From NCBI GenBank assembly GCA_963169765.1, contig CAUJEN010000184.1, positions 16,468-80,467 on the forward strand: 64,000 nt of DNA. Reading direction: 5' to 3'. The position numbers and the translations under genes are program-made. The notes below the pieces were generated by a model, which worked only from the letters and a program-made list of their open reading frames with translations, was not told where the DNA came from and did not search any database. Source of the DNA: Vulcanimicrobiota bacterium (GTDB taxonomy: Bacteria > Vulcanimicrobiota > Xenobia > Xenobiales > QWHO01). Shown here piece after piece: positions 9,486-19,226 of this stretch; the stretch's first letter is position 1; each line of letters opens with the position of its first letter.

Positions 9486-10421
9486 ATGCTGGATCTGGCC
9501 CGACTCAAGAAAGTGCGCCTCAGCCGCGTTCCCTGGGGTCACCTGGCGGTGGCCAATCTCCTCTTGCGCTGGAACTTCGCCGTCACCAGGACCGAGCTGG
9601 TGCTGGAGGGCCTGGAGAACCTGCCGGACCGCCCTTCGATGCTGGGAATGAATCACACCGATATGTACAACTACTTCCCCTTGCAGTATCTCTTCTACCT
9701 GCGCAAACGCCCGTTCACAGCCACCTGGGTCAAGGGCAAGTACTACCATAATCGTCTGGTGGCCTTCTTTCTCGAGTGCACCAACAATATTCCCCTGCCC
9801 TCGCGGGGCTATCTTCTGACCAACGACTTTCGCCGAGCGGCCGGCAGGCGGCCCTCGGACAGCGAGTACCGAGCTATCCGCGATGCTCTCAACTCGGGCG
9901 ACCCGTCCGGGCTTCCCCCCGAGTTGGGCGGGGGCTACCTGGAGCGGTTCGAGGAGCACTGGGAGGCCATGGTGGGTGAGGTCGATCGACTCAACCGTGA
10001 GGCCCTGTTCGAGCACAAGGTCAACCTGCTGGTCTTTCCCGAGGGAACTCGCAGCCGGCGTCTCTCCGAGGGTCATACCGGCATCGCCCAGACGGCGCTG
10101 CACTTGAAGGTGCCCATCGTGCCCATCGGCTGCAGTGGCTCGGATCGCGTCTATCCCGGGAACTACCCTTTGTCGCGAGGAGGGCGCATTGTCTACCGCA
10201 TCGGCCGGCCGCTCGAGCCTGATGGCCCGGAGCTTGCCCCTTATCGCATCGATGACCCATTCATGCCGCTGACCCGCGGAGCCGTCCGCCAGCACGGCGA
10301 GCGCTTTCGAGCGGTCACCGACCTGGTGATGGACCGGGTCAACGAGCTGCTCGACGAGCCCTACCGCTACGCCGAGGATCGGCGCTCGCAGGGAGTCCAG
10401 GGCGTGGATCGGTTCATGTAG
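9486..10421 (+). CDS. Lysophospholipid acyltransferase (PlsC/LPLAT family, 1-acyl-sn-glycerol-3-phosphate acyltransferase-like)
   Basis: NHTDMYNYF (HX4D-like block I), FPEGTRS block III, VPIVPIG block IV; it is the C-terminal third of track ORF 7023..10421, whose upstream part is an antisense artefact. Confidence 0.75.
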   Translation: MLDLARLKKVRLSRVPWGHLAVANLLLRWNFAVTRTELVLEGLENLPDRPSMLGMNHTDMYNYFPLQYLFYLRKRPFTATWVKGKYYHNRLVAFFLECTNNIPLPSRGYLLTNDFRRAAGRRPSDSEYRAIRDALNSGDPSGLPPELGGGYLERFEEHWEAMVGEVDRLNREALFEHKVNLLVFPEGTRSRRLSEGHTGIAQTALHLKVPIVPIGCSGSDRVYPGNYPLSRGGRIVYRIGRPLEPDGPELAPYRIDDPFMPLTRGAVRQHGERFRAVTDLVMDRVNELLDEPYRYAEDRRSQGVQGVDRFM

Positions 10422-11166
10422 GCGGAGGAGCGTTGTTGGCGCTCTCCTTGAGCGACCAGATGACGTAGCGCCCCAGAGCCCTGGTGCCGGGCGCATCCAG
10501 GTTGCTGAACTCCATGCCCAGTTGGAAGCTCTGGCCACTGTCGGATTCGCGCGACTCCTTCACCAGGCCGAGCACGGAGACCGGCCGCAGCTTGGGAAGG
10601 GGGCCCAGGTCGAGCTTGACGGTGGCTCCGGGTCCGAGCATGGTGGGGGAGTCGACCAGCGCTCCTCCCAGGCTCAGGTTGACGACCCAGCACTTCTGAG
10701 GCGGAATGCGGCCCGGTACCGAAAGCCTGGCCGCCATCAGCCCCTCGGCGCGCACAAAGCGGCGGCGCTGGAAGACCGACTCGTCGGTCATGCCGATCAG
10801 GCCCAGCACAAAGTCGACCCAGTTGCGCTGGGTGTACTCATAGCGGATGCCCATGAGCATCTCGTTGCTGCGCGGCGAGCGGCGCACCCAGGCCACCTGG
10901 CCGTCCACCGAGCTGAGCTCCTCGAAAGAGGACTGGTGCTGGTAGACCACTGTCACGGGGGTGCCTTTGGGGAAGGACTGGCTGCCTTTGAGCCGCATCC
11001 CCTCCACCCCGAGGTTGGTGACCCGGGCCTGCAGGAACTTTGAGCCGGCGCGGACGCGCACGGGGAAATTGCACTGGATGCGCGCCATCTTGCGGCGCTC
11101 TTCCAGCGTCGCGGCGCGGTCGGAGATGACCAGGGAGCGGAGTCCTTCGACGATCTGGGCAAACAT
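10414..11166 (-). CDS. Tandem PilZ-domain (c-di-GMP receptor-like) protein
   Basis: Two PilZ-like units: RRKMARIQCNFPVRVR...GVEGMRLKG and RRFVRAEGLMAARLSVP...NLSLGGALVD (RxxxR ... DxSxxG signature). Confidence 0.7.
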   Translation of the reverse strand: MFAQIVEGLRSLVISDRAATLEERRKMARIQCNFPVRVRAGSKFLQARVTNLGVEGMRLKGSQSFPKGTPVTVVYQHQSSFEELSSVDGQVAWVRRSPRSNEMLMGIRYEYTQRNWVDFVLGLIGMTDESVFQRRRFVRAEGLMAARLSVPGRIPPQKCWVVNLSLGGALVDSPTMLGPGATVKLDLGPLPKLRPVSVLGLVKESRESDSGQSFQLGMEFSNLDAPGTRALGRYVIWSLKESANNAPPPT

Positions 11167-11311
11167 GCCCGGGTGCTTTGCCGCGGGGCCTCTCGCCCCC
11201 TTTCAGGCAATTTTCAGGCTGACATGACCGGCTGTTAACCTCGCCGAGCAAGACCCACGAGAGCGGGTGGCTTATCCTCGGGGCGGACACCACCAGAGGA
11301 GAAATCAATAG

Positions 11312-12871
11312 ATGCTACAGACACTGGCCCGCTCGAGCTTCAATTACGCTCTGCAGGTGCGCGCCCAGGATGAAAACCCGCCCTGCCCGCCTACCCCGCC
11401 CGAGCCCGAGCCGCCGGCGCCCCCCCAGCCCAAAGACACGGTTTTCAGCTTTAATCCCCAGGATCCGGCCGTCTTCACACCCACCTCCACCACCGTCAAG
11501 AACGTGCTGGTCGGGGAGAGCGGACCCGAGGTCGACCGGGCCAAGCTCAACGGCGGACTGACCGCCAACGAGGAGGGCGGCTTCCATTTCCCCACCTGCG
11601 ACCACCGCCATCACGCCGCCGTCACTTTTTCGACCGTGGCCAGGACCGTCGAGATCTTTGAGCAGGCCACCGGCCAGCCCATCGCCTGGGCATTTGGCGA
11701 CCACAAACTGGAAGTCAACGCCGACGGCGGAGACATGATCAACGCCTACTACGCGCGCGACGAGCGCTCGGTGAACTTCTTCCACCACCACGATGCGGTT
11801 CTCGGCCGCGATGTCTACTCGGGCGATTCGGGTGAGGTGGTGGCCCACGAGGTCGGCCACGCCATCCTCGACGGCCTGCGCCCTGACTACTTCGATGCCT
11901 GGGCCCCGGACGTGGGTGCCTTCCACGAGTCGTTCGGCGACAAGCTGGCCATGCTTTTTGCCCTGAAGGACGAGCGCACCCGGTCCCGCGTTCTGATCGA
12001 AACCGGGGGCGACCTGTCCAAGAAGAACATCATGTCGGCCCTGGGCGAAGAGCTGGGCATCGCCATCAACGACGAGACCAAGAAGAATCGTACCGGCGGG
12101 AACTGGACTCGCAACGCAGTCAACAGCTTCACCTGGAAGGACCCGGCCGAGCTGCCTTTCAATCCTCCCAACCCCGACGAGCTGGGCAGCGAGGTGCACA
12201 ACTTCTCGCGCCTCTGGTCGGGTGCGTTCTATGACATTCTCAATGGCATCAACGAGCGCAACAAAGCTGCTGGTCTGACCACGGCCGAGGCGCTGGCCAA
12301 GACCGCCGACGACGGGTTGAAGGTGCTGGCCAACCTCATGGCCGAGGCTCCGCGGGGCGAGTTCACCTTCCGTGACATGGCCAACGCCTTCGTCTCCTCT
12401 GATCGCAACCTGAACAACGGCGAGTACGCCGACCTGATTCAGGAGGTCATGGTCAAGCGCGAGATCCTGGTGGCCGAGCCGCCGCCCCCTCCGCCCGAGG
12501 AGCCGCCGAGCGACCCGCCTACTGAGCCCCCCACCGATCCCAACCCGCCCACCAAGAGCTTGCTCGAGGACGAGGGCCCGGTACGCAACCTGCGCCTCAC
12601 CCTCAGCGGCAACGACTTCGGCATGTTCCAGGGCGCCGAGCTCAAGATTCCGGTCGACAGCCGCGAGTCGCTGGGCAAGGATGTCTCGCTGCGCCAGCGG
12701 ACCGAGAGCAACCTCAAGCGCTATATCGCCGAGGGCCGCATCCGCTACAACGAGCCCAACTACGTGATGAAGCCGGCCGACCGTTTCGACAAGGATGGCC
12801 GCCCTTACATCGGGATCGTCACCTGGGAAGACGGCAAGATGAAGATCGAGCGCAACAAGGTCGCCATCTAA
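11312..12871 (+). CDS. Gluzincin-type zinc metalloprotease (thermolysin-like HEXXH...HESFGD arrangement) with Pro-rich N-terminal and C-terminal regions
   Basis: VVAHEVGHAILDG then FHESFGD 24 aa downstream (M4-like NEAxSD spacing); PPPPPEEPP linker; no obvious signal peptide. Confidence 0.6.
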   Translation: MLQTLARSSFNYALQVRAQDENPPCPPTPPEPEPPAPPQPKDTVFSFNPQDPAVFTPTSTTVKNVLVGESGPEVDRAKLNGGLTANEEGGFHFPTCDHRHHAAVTFSTVARTVEIFEQATGQPIAWAFGDHKLEVNADGGDMINAYYARDERSVNFFHHHDAVLGRDVYSGDSGEVVAHEVGHAILDGLRPDYFDAWAPDVGAFHESFGDKLAMLFALKDERTRSRVLIETGGDLSKKNIMSALGEELGIAINDETKKNRTGGNWTRNAVNSFTWKDPAELPFNPPNPDELGSEVHNFSRLWSGAFYDILNGINERNKAAGLTTAEALAKTADDGLKVLANLMAEAPRGEFTFRDMANAFVSSDRNLNNGEYADLIQEVMVKREILVAEPPPPPPEEPPSDPPTEPPTDPNPPTKSLLEDEGPVRNLRLTLSGNDFGMFQGAELKIPVDSRESLGKDVSLRQRTESNLKRYIAEGRIRYNEPNYVMKPADRFDKDGRPYIGIVTWEDGKMKIERNKVAI

Positions 12872-12985
12872 ACATCGTTGCATTGACCGTGCCACGTAAC
12901 ATGCGGTGAGATACTTGTTTCGAGCCGCTTCCAAAGTGTTGCGGCACGGGCGATGCCAGAAAAGTCGCTCATCTCAGACAAAGGA

Positions 12986-13024
12986 GCGCCGGGAATGAAT
13001 CATCCCCCGGCGTTCTTTCCGTTT
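12986..13024 (+). terminator. Intrinsic terminator hairpin (GCGCCGGG...CCCGGCG) followed by TTCTTTCCGTTT
   Basis: 7-8 bp GC stem, 12-nt loop, T-rich tail; lies between convergent genes ending 12871(+) and 13024(-). Confidence 0.5.
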
Positions 13025-13434
13025 CAGGGCTGCTTCTTCAGGTTGGCCTGAAACGCGTGGGACATATCCTCGTGAAACACGTCCAACCGCACCGTGTCCG
13101 CCTCGGGATAGTCCAGGCCGATGCGGACCGAGCTGCCGGCCGCCAGGCGCACGCCTTGCAGCGTGGCCTCGGTCGAGCCATCCACCTCGACGATGCGGAA
13201 CTCTGCCAAGGTGGGCCGCTTGGCGGAGGTTACCTTATAGTGCCCGCGCACCTTGACCGGAGTGCGGCCGGGGCGGCGGATGGACCAGACCATCGACCTC
13301 TCCTCGGGGGGACCGATCTCCAGGCTGAGCTCGAGCCCCTGCATCGGGCCGGTCCATCGGCCCGGCATCAGGTCGAGCATCCCCTGAGCGGCAGCCGCCG
13401 CCAGCAGCATGCAGCCGAGCAACATCCTGCTCAT
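13024..13434 (-). CDS. Small secreted hypothetical protein (136 aa)
   Basis: Signal peptide MSRMLLGCMLLAAAAAQG, protein-like C-terminal part of track ORF 13024..13998 (upstream part of that ORF is artefact); 4-bp overlap with upstream CDP-alcohol phosphatidyltransferase gene. Confidence 0.5.
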   Translation of the reverse strand: MSRMLLGCMLLAAAAAQGMLDLMPGRWTGPMQGLELSLEIGPPEERSMVWSIRRPGRTPVKVRGHYKVTSAKRPTLAEFRIVEVDGSTEATLQGVRLAAGSSVRIGLDYPEADTVRLDVFHEDMSHAFQANLKKQP

Positions 13435-14132
13435 TTCGGCTCCTTGCGGAAGTGGAGGTAGAGCGAAGCCAGCAGGTAATAAATCGGGTAGACCAGGCTC
13501 AGGTGCAACAGCCAACCCCCCTCGAAAGGGTGCAGCAGCAGCCAGATCAGCTGCAGGGCCCAGAGGGCCGACAGGATCAAGGTCAGCGGTTTGCCCCAGG
13601 CAGTGCGGGTGGGATAGATGTAGCGGATGGGCACCAGCACCAGGGCCGAGAGGACCACCACCACGACGCCGGCCACCCAGGAGGGAGCCTGGTAGCTCCA
13701 CAGGTAGAGAGCCACGATGTTCCAGTAGCTGGGAAAGCCCAGGAAGTAATGGTCCTCGGTCTTGGCCGCCTGGTTGGAGAAGCCCAGCGCGCTGGCCATC
13801 AGCGGAAAGCCGGCCAGCGCGGGCCGGGCTAACAGGCCCGCCTTGACCATGATGAAGGCCGGCACCACCACGTAGGTCACGAAGTCCACCAGGTCGTCCA
13901 GGCGGCGTCCGTCGATCTGGGGTAGAACCTCCTCGACCCGGATGGCTCGGGCCAGAAAGCCATCCACGGCGTCCACCACGGTGGCCCCCAGCAGCCACAG
14001 GAAGGCGGTTGGGAAGTCGCCCTCCAGGGCGCTCCAGAGCCCCAGAAAGCCAAGCAGGGCCCCGCTGGCGGTGAACAGGTGGACGGCCCAGGCCAGCGAG
14101 GGACGGACGGTCTCGTGGGTGTGGATCAGCAT
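13431..14132 (-). CDS. CDP-alcohol phosphatidyltransferase family protein (Pcs/PgsA-like), start at ATG 14132 (MLIHTHE...)
   Basis: DAVDGFLAR ... G ... D ... D signature of CDP-OH P-transferases, 6-7 TM helices; track ORF upstream extension is Cys/Arg-rich junk. Confidence 0.75.
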   Translation of the reverse strand: MLIHTHETVRPSLAWAVHLFTASGALLGFLGLWSALEGDFPTAFLWLLGATVVDAVDGFLARAIRVEEVLPQIDGRRLDDLVDFVTYVVVPAFIMVKAGLLARPALAGFPLMASALGFSNQAAKTEDHYFLGFPSYWNIVALYLWSYQAPSWVAGVVVVVLSALVLVPIRYIYPTRTAWGKPLTLILSALWALQLIWLLLHPFEGGWLLHLSLVYPIYYLLASLYLHFRKEPK

Positions 14133-14155
14133 GCAGGCATGATCCCCACCGAGCC

Positions 14156-14188
14156 TGAAAAAAAAAGTAAACCGTCGCGAACGACGGC
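14156..14188 (-). terminator. Intrinsic terminator (minus strand): hairpin CCGTCG-cgaa-CGACGG followed by U9 tract
   Basis: + strand shows aaaaaaaaagtaaaCCGTCGcgaaCGACGG; on minus strand hairpin then UUUACUUUUUUUUU. Confidence 0.6.
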
Positions 14189-14217
14189 TCGGGGTTCTGG
14201 GAGGACAGAGGACCAGG

Positions 14218-14367
14218 TCAGGGAGCCTGTTGCAGAAGGCCCAGCACGTAATCACGCGCGCACGAGAGCAGCAGCATCCGGTCCATCGGCTCCTGCAGCG
14301 CCTGGCGCAGGCGACGGTTGGCGTTACGGATGCGCTCACGGGCAGGACGGCGGTAGAACGGCTGGTG
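14218..14367 (-). CDS. Small arginine-rich hypothetical protein (49 aa, MHQPFYRRPARERIRNANRRLRQAL...)
   Basis: ATG preceded by GGAGG 7 nt upstream; flanked by terminators on both sides; could alternatively be a small RNA. Confidence 0.35.
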   Translation of the reverse strand, partial: HQPFYRRPARERIRNANRRLRQALQEPMDRMLLLSCARDYVLGLLQQAP

Positions 14368-14407
14368 CATCGTGGCCTCCAAAGCTTCAAGTTCTCTTGC
14401 ACTCAGT

Positions 14408-14442
14408 TTACAAAACAAATTCCCGCCGGGGGGCGGGAATTT
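14408..14442 (-). terminator. Intrinsic terminator (minus strand) downstream of TPR gene: perfect 11-bp stem AAATTCCCGCC-gggg-GGCGGGAATTT followed by U-rich tract
   Basis: Perfect inverted repeat; minus-strand transcript continues AUUUGUUUUGU. Confidence 0.65.
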
Positions 14443-14484
14443 GTTGCCGTCCTGAGTCAGGTGTGAACAGGTTGTAAACTGCTG

Positions 14485-16098
14485 TTAATAGTATTTGAAC
14501 TTGCCGGGGTCGTTGTCGGAGCTGAACTTGGGCGGGCCGCTGCTCTTGGGAGGGCGCCGGCTCACGGGCGGGGTTGCCACGTTGGGACGCTTCGGGGGCG
14601 GAGGTTGGGCCACCACGCGGGGCTGCGCAGGGGCGGGTCGCCGAACGACCCGCCGCACATTGCGAGGCCCCTGGGGAACGCTGTTGACGACTTCCACTTC
14701 CTGAACCTGGGGGGCGCTGACCGTCACCGGCGCGGTGCGACTGCGCACCCGGGCCAGGGCGGCGGCATACTCCCCGTTGTAGGCCAGGGTCACGGCCTTC
14801 TTGTAATAATTCTCGGCTCGCTCGTCCTGCTGCTGGGCCTCGAAGGCCCTGCCGAGGGTGTAGCAGACGGCCGCCTTCTGGGCGCTGGTGGCCTTGCCGT
14901 CGGTGAACAGCTGCTCGGCGTGCAGGCCTTCCATGATGGCCCCGGCGGGATTATTGTTCTTGAGCATCTGTTTGGCCAGGTCGAGCTTCTCCTGACCCTC
15001 TGCGCGGATGGCCTTGAGGCGCAGCTTCTCGGCCTCCTGGGCGGAAGCGGCGTATTTCTTCACCCCGGTTGCGTTGTGCAGATCTTTATAGGTCTTGTAG
15101 GCCCGGTCGAACTCCTCCGACTTGAGGTGCATCGAGGCCTGCAGCTCTCTGGCCTGGACCCACTGCTTCTTGATCTCGGCGTTGGTCGGGTCATCCTTCA
15201 AGGATTCTTGCAGCATGGTGGCCGCTGCCTCGGCTTCTAACGAGGCGCCCTTGTAGTTCTTCTTCTCGGCCAGGCCGCGGGCTTTGTCCATCAGCTCGGA
15301 GGGGGAGGTGACATCGGCGCTGGCCACGGTCACCGGCTTGGCGGCCGGGCGGGTCAGCATGAACCCCAGGCCGGCCACCACCAGCAACAGCAGGCCCACG
15401 GCGATCATCAGCATCTTCTTGTTGTGCGCCTCCGAGGGGCGCATGCTGGGCAGCGGGTCGGAGTCGTCCACCGGGATGGTGGCCGGACCCATCAAGCCAT
15501 CGCTCTCCCAGACGGCAGCCGAGGACGTGGCCTCGGCCTGAGGCCCGGACTGGGTCGAGGGGGCGACTGGAGGCAGCCCTCCTTGCGGTGTCGCCGTGGG
15601 AGTGCTGGTCAACCAGCCTTCCTGAGCCTCAGGCTGGTCGGCCGCCCAGGCCGGCATGGACGACGAGGAGCCGCGGCTGGATGACTTGCCCTCCGAGTCC
15701 CAACCGGAAGACTTGCCCCGGGCGGACGGTCGAGCAGGACCTTCGTCCTCCTCCTCCTCGGCCCAGCTTGGCCAGCTCGGGGCTGCGCCGGGCGGACCTC
15801 CGCGGGCGGCCGGGCGGCCTTGACTCGAGGTGGGAGTTTTGGGCAGAGGCTTGCGAACATCTTCCTCTTCCTCCCCCCAGGCCGGCCAGGAAGTGCCCAC
15901 CCCGGCCGAGCGGGCCGAAGGCGGGGGGGGAAGGGTGCTGGGAGTGGGCGTGGCTGCCGATGATGGGGGCGGAGGCAGGGCGCCGGGTCGCGGAGGGGGC
16001 AGAGAGCCGCTGCGAGGGGGTGGAGGCAGGGGGGAGCGACCGCCGTTGGCAGGTCCGCCCTTCTCGTTGTTGGAGGCCCAATCGTTCAAGTTCGCCAT
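14485..16098 (-). CDS. TPR-repeat protein with Pro-rich low-complexity N-terminus and single TM helix
   Basis: N-term PPPPRSGSLPPPRPGALPPPP, TM MLMIAVGLLLLVVAGLGFML, C-terminal helical repeats with TPR-like AxxYYxxA/LG patterns. Confidence 0.6.
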   Translation of the reverse strand: MANLNDWASNNEKGGPANGGRSPLPPPPRSGSLPPPRPGALPPPPSSAATPTPSTLPPPPSARSAGVGTSWPAWGEEEEDVRKPLPKTPTSSQGRPAARGGPPGAAPSWPSWAEEEEDEGPARPSARGKSSGWDSEGKSSSRGSSSSMPAWAADQPEAQEGWLTSTPTATPQGGLPPVAPSTQSGPQAEATSSAAVWESDGLMGPATIPVDDSDPLPSMRPSEAHNKKMLMIAVGLLLLVVAGLGFMLTRPAAKPVTVASADVTSPSELMDKARGLAEKKNYKGASLEAEAAATMLQESLKDDPTNAEIKKQWVQARELQASMHLKSEEFDRAYKTYKDLHNATGVKKYAASAQEAEKLRLKAIRAEGQEKLDLAKQMLKNNNPAGAIMEGLHAEQLFTDGKATSAQKAAVCYTLGRAFEAQQQDERAENYYKKAVTLAYNGEYAAALARVRSRTAPVTVSAPQVQEVEVVNSVPQGPRNVRRVVRRPAPAQPRVVAQPPPPKRPNVATPPVSRRPPKSSGPPKFSSDNDPGKFKYY

Positions 16099-16237
16099 CG
16101 TCTACCGCCTCGCACGCCGCAAATCTCAAACTCTCCCCTGATCCAGAGGTTCTACCCCGGGTCCTGCAAACCTCCCCGAACCTCCGAATTTCCCTGCGCT
16201 ACCGTGGCTCTGTCGCACTCGGGCGGGATTTGTTCCC

Positions 16238-17539
16238 TTGCGGCAGAATGGGCCAATCGTGTCCAGCGAGTGTCCCTACCTCGCCCGCGAGGAGCATCCT
16301 CTGGCCGACCCCTCCCAGGGTCGCTGCTCGGAGTGCGGTCGTCCCCTGGTGTCGTGCGCCCATTGCCGCACCCCCAATCGGGTGCTGGCTCGCTACTGCC
16401 GCCACTGCGGCAGTGCTCTGCAATCGCTGGGCTGGAGCACGCGGGGCGGACAGAGTGGGGCGCCGGCCCTGCGAGCGAATCTGGCGCTGGACTCGGATTT
16501 GCCCGCCGTCTGGGTCTACCAGTCTTCTCAAAGCCAGCCTGTGGCCGGTTCTCCTCTGGTGGCCTCCGAGCTCATGGTTCGCCTGGACCGCCAGGGACGG
16601 GTGGAGATCTTCGCCGCCTCCACGGGCTCGGCCCCGATCCATTCCAAACCCCTTCCGGGCGTCAGCGAGGTGGTGGCCTCGCCGGCCCTGCTCGACGAGC
16701 TGTTGCTGGTGGCCGCTGAGGACCGCCTCTACGCGGCCGATCTGGTGGATCTGTTGGAGGTGAGTCCCGGCTCGGGCAGTCGCAAGCGGGTCATCGAGCT
16801 GCAGGGAAACGTGTGCTCGCATGTGGCCTCGGATGGCCGTCGTTACGCCGCCCTGGCCACCAGCTCGGACGATTCGGCCTGGCTGCACGTCTTCGAGCTG
16901 ACCCGTCAGGGTCTGCAGCTGCTGTGGAAGCGCTCGCCCGGCCGCCTCAATCCCGAGCACGCCTTCCTGGCCCTGGCTATCGTGGGCGACCACCTGGTGG
17001 CCGCCGAGGGCGGGGGGAGCCTGTTCAGCTACCACATCCCCGATGGTCGCGCGCGGGGTGAGGCTCGCCTTCCTACGCCGCTGGCCCCCTGCCCGCTGCT
17101 GGGCCGCACCGATTTCGCCCTGGTGGCGGCCAGCGACGGGGCTTTGTATCGACTCGATCCTGCCGGCGGTCCCCCGCTGGCCATCTGCGAGCCAAGCCCC
17201 CAGCCCCTGTTCGCTCTGGGGGCCTCGCAGGAGGACGTGGTTTCCTGTCACGGGCGGACGTTGCGGCGGGTGAACCTGCACTCGGGCCGCGTCTCCCATC
17301 AGCAAATTCCACAGCACTGCACCAGCGAGCCCCTGGTGGTGGGCAACCGGGCTCTGGTGGCGGCCGCCGACGGAACCGTTTATCTGCTCGAGCTGAGCCC
17401 TGATCATTTCCAGGTGCTGGCCTCGCGCAAGGTGCTGTCGCCCCCCGAGCCGGGAGTGGTCTCGCCCGTGCTGACGCGCGCCCACCTCTTCGTGTCCGAC
17501 GCCTGGGGGGGCGTGGCGGCCCTGCCTTTGCAGGTCTGA
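16238..17539 (+). CDS. Zinc-ribbon + PQQ-like beta-propeller repeat protein
   Basis: N-term CxxC...CxxC x2 (CPYLA...CSECGRPLVSCAHCRTPNRVLARYCRHCG), repeated DG-x-LYxxD/ALVAAADGTVYLLE propeller blades; opposite-strand ORF 16199..17656 is Gly/Arg-rich artefact. Confidence 0.55.
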   Translation: MRQNGPIVSSECPYLAREEHPLADPSQGRCSECGRPLVSCAHCRTPNRVLARYCRHCGSALQSLGWSTRGGQSGAPALRANLALDSDLPAVWVYQSSQSQPVAGSPLVASELMVRLDRQGRVEIFAASTGSAPIHSKPLPGVSEVVASPALLDELLLVAAEDRLYAADLVDLLEVSPGSGSRKRVIELQGNVCSHVASDGRRYAALATSSDDSAWLHVFELTRQGLQLLWKRSPGRLNPEHAFLALAIVGDHLVAAEGGGSLFSYHIPDGRARGEARLPTPLAPCPLLGRTDFALVAASDGALYRLDPAGGPPLAICEPSPQPLFALGASQEDVVSCHGRTLRRVNLHSGRVSHQQIPQHCTSEPLVVGNRALVAAADGTVYLLELSPDHFQVLASRKVLSPPEPGVVSPVLTRAHLFVSDAWGGVAALPLQV

Positions 17540-17567
17540 GCCCGGCTCGGTCGCGAAACCGCTGCTG

Positions 17568-19226
17568 GTGAGGCTACTTCTGCTACTCTTGTTGTTGCTC
17601 GCGCCGGTCGCCGCCGAGACCCAGCACATTTTGATGCTGGACGTCTCGGGGAGCATGCGCGACCGGGGCTACGCCACCCGCGAGGGCTGGGGCCCGACCG
17701 TGCTTGAGCTGGTGCAGAAGTTATTCCAGCCCGGCTCAGAGAAGTTCGCCGCCTCCGACTCGCTGACTATCGTGCCCTTCTCGGACGCCGCCACCGATGC
17801 CCGCGAAGGGCGCGCGGCGCTGCCTTCGGTGCCGCTCTCGGCGCTCGACCCCGCTCTGCTCCCCCTTCCCGGTGGCGGGGCCACCGACATGAACCGCTGT
17901 CTTGATCTGGCTCTGGAGCAGAATCGATCCGATGTGGTGCTGACCTGGATCTTGACCGATAACGAGAACAACCTGGCCGGCAACCGCAGCGATCGCGAGT
18001 TCTACGAGCGCCTGGCAGGCGATCCGGCCTTCACCCACGTCTACTTCTTCCCGCTGGCTCGCACCGACCAGCAGGGCGAGGCCCTGGTGATGTATCTGCT
18101 TGTCAGGGCTGAGCCGGATTCGGCCTGGGTGGACGAGCTGGCCAGCGAGGTCAAGCGCAAGACTGGCTACGAGGGAGTGCTGTTTCGACCCCTCTACAGC
18201 GACCCGGGTCGCTCGGTGCTCGATTTCGGCAAAGAGTTGCAGGTCCAGACTCCGTTCGGTGAGCACCAGGTGGAGGAAGAGGGCGGCACCACGGTGCTCA
18301 ACTTCGAGGAGGGGGACGAGCTGGCCGGTCAGCTCAAGTTCCGAGTGCGCTCTCACCTCAAGGGCTGGAAGATCGTGGATGCCACGATGGAGGACGCCGA
18401 GGTCGAGCTGACCATCCCCGACAGCTACCCCGAGGCCGGCGAGCAGAAGTTCAGCAAGAAGGTCACCCCCCAGAAGCTGACCGTGGACGCAGGCCAGGAG
18501 AGCGCCGACTTCTTCCTTATCGACCTGCAAGCCCGCGAGACTCCCCTGAAGCTCGAGCGCCCCCTCCTGAGCGACATGTTCGCCAGCTCTCTCCAGGACA
18601 TCGAGGGCCGGGTCAAACTGCGAGCCACCATCGAGTTGTCGCGCGAAGGGGTGGAGGAGGGAGACCTGCGCCCCTCCCTCTCCCCCGAGATGACCGAGCG
18701 GGTGGCCCACGTGCCCAACCTGGCCGCCATCGAGGAGCTGATGGTCTACCAGGGGGGGGATCAGCAGGACAACCAGCGCAGCATCTCCTTTCAGCGCAAG
18801 TTGATCGTGCGCACCCGCGCCAATCCGCTGGGGGCCATCATGGTGGGCCTCCTGGGCCTGGGAGGGCTGGCGGTCGCGCTGCTGGTTGGCTGGGCCGCCT
18901 TCGGGCTCAGGTCAGCCTATCGCCTGGAGGGTCCGGGAGAGGACGAGGAGCTGAGCCTGCCCTACCTGGCCGGCAGCTACCTGATCTGCAGCCCCAACGG
19001 CCTGGAGCTTGCCCGCCTGCGCCAGCGCTTCGGGAGCCTGTCGGTGGTGCCCGAGCCGGAGGTGGAGGTCAACGGCAGGCCCGAGGCCACCTCGGTCCGC
19101 TGGGAGGGCCCCGAGGCACGCCTGGAGATTTGCCCCGAGGGAAAGGAAGCGCTCTACTACACGCTGGTGCGGGCTCAAAAGAGCGGCTCTGGCGGGGGGG
19201 GAGAGCGGGACGACGTTTCGATCTAG
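17568..19226 (+). CDS. von Willebrand factor A (vWA) domain protein with signal peptide and C-terminal TM anchor
   Basis: MIDAS motif ILMLDVSGSM, poly-Leu signal peptide, TM AIMVGLLGLGGLAVALLVGWAAFGL. Confidence 0.7.
   Translation: MRLLLLLLLLLAPVAAETQHILMLDVSGSMRDRGYATREGWGPTVLELVQKLFQPGSEKFAASDSLTIVPFSDAATDAREGRAALPSVPLSALDPALLPLPGGGATDMNRCLDLALEQNRSDVVLTWILTDNENNLAGNRSDREFYERLAGDPAFTHVYFFPLARTDQQGEALVMYLLVRAEPDSAWVDELASEVKRKTGYEGVLFRPLYSDPGRSVLDFGKELQVQTPFGEHQVEEEGGTTVLNFEEGDELAGQLKFRVRSHLKGWKIVDATMEDAEVELTIPDSYPEAGEQKFSKKVTPQKLTVDAGQESADFFLIDLQARETPLKLERPLLSDMFASSLQDIEGRVKLRATIELSREGVEEGDLRPSLSPEMTERVAHVPNLAAIEELMVYQGGDQQDNQRSISFQRKLIVRTRANPLGAIMVGLLGLGGLAVALLVGWAAFGLRSAYRLEGPGEDEELSLPYLAGSYLICSPNGLELARLRQRFGSLSVVPEPEVEVNGRPEATSVRWEGPEARLEICPEGKEALYYTLVRAQKSGSGGGGERDDVSI

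Noticed and set aside
9423-10538. N-terminal 372 aa of the 1154-aa minus ORF
   Set aside because: Antisense to the acyltransferase gene; helicase motifs begin right after the internal ATG at 9422
13435-13998. Upstream part of minus ORF 13024..13998
   Set aside because: Gly/Arg/Pro-rich; overlaps the bona fide CDP-alcohol phosphatidyltransferase in another frame; only the C-terminal 136 aa (signal-peptide protein) kept
16199-17656. 485-aa minus ORF
   Set aside because: Arg/Gly-rich junk antisense to the zinc-ribbon/beta-propeller gene
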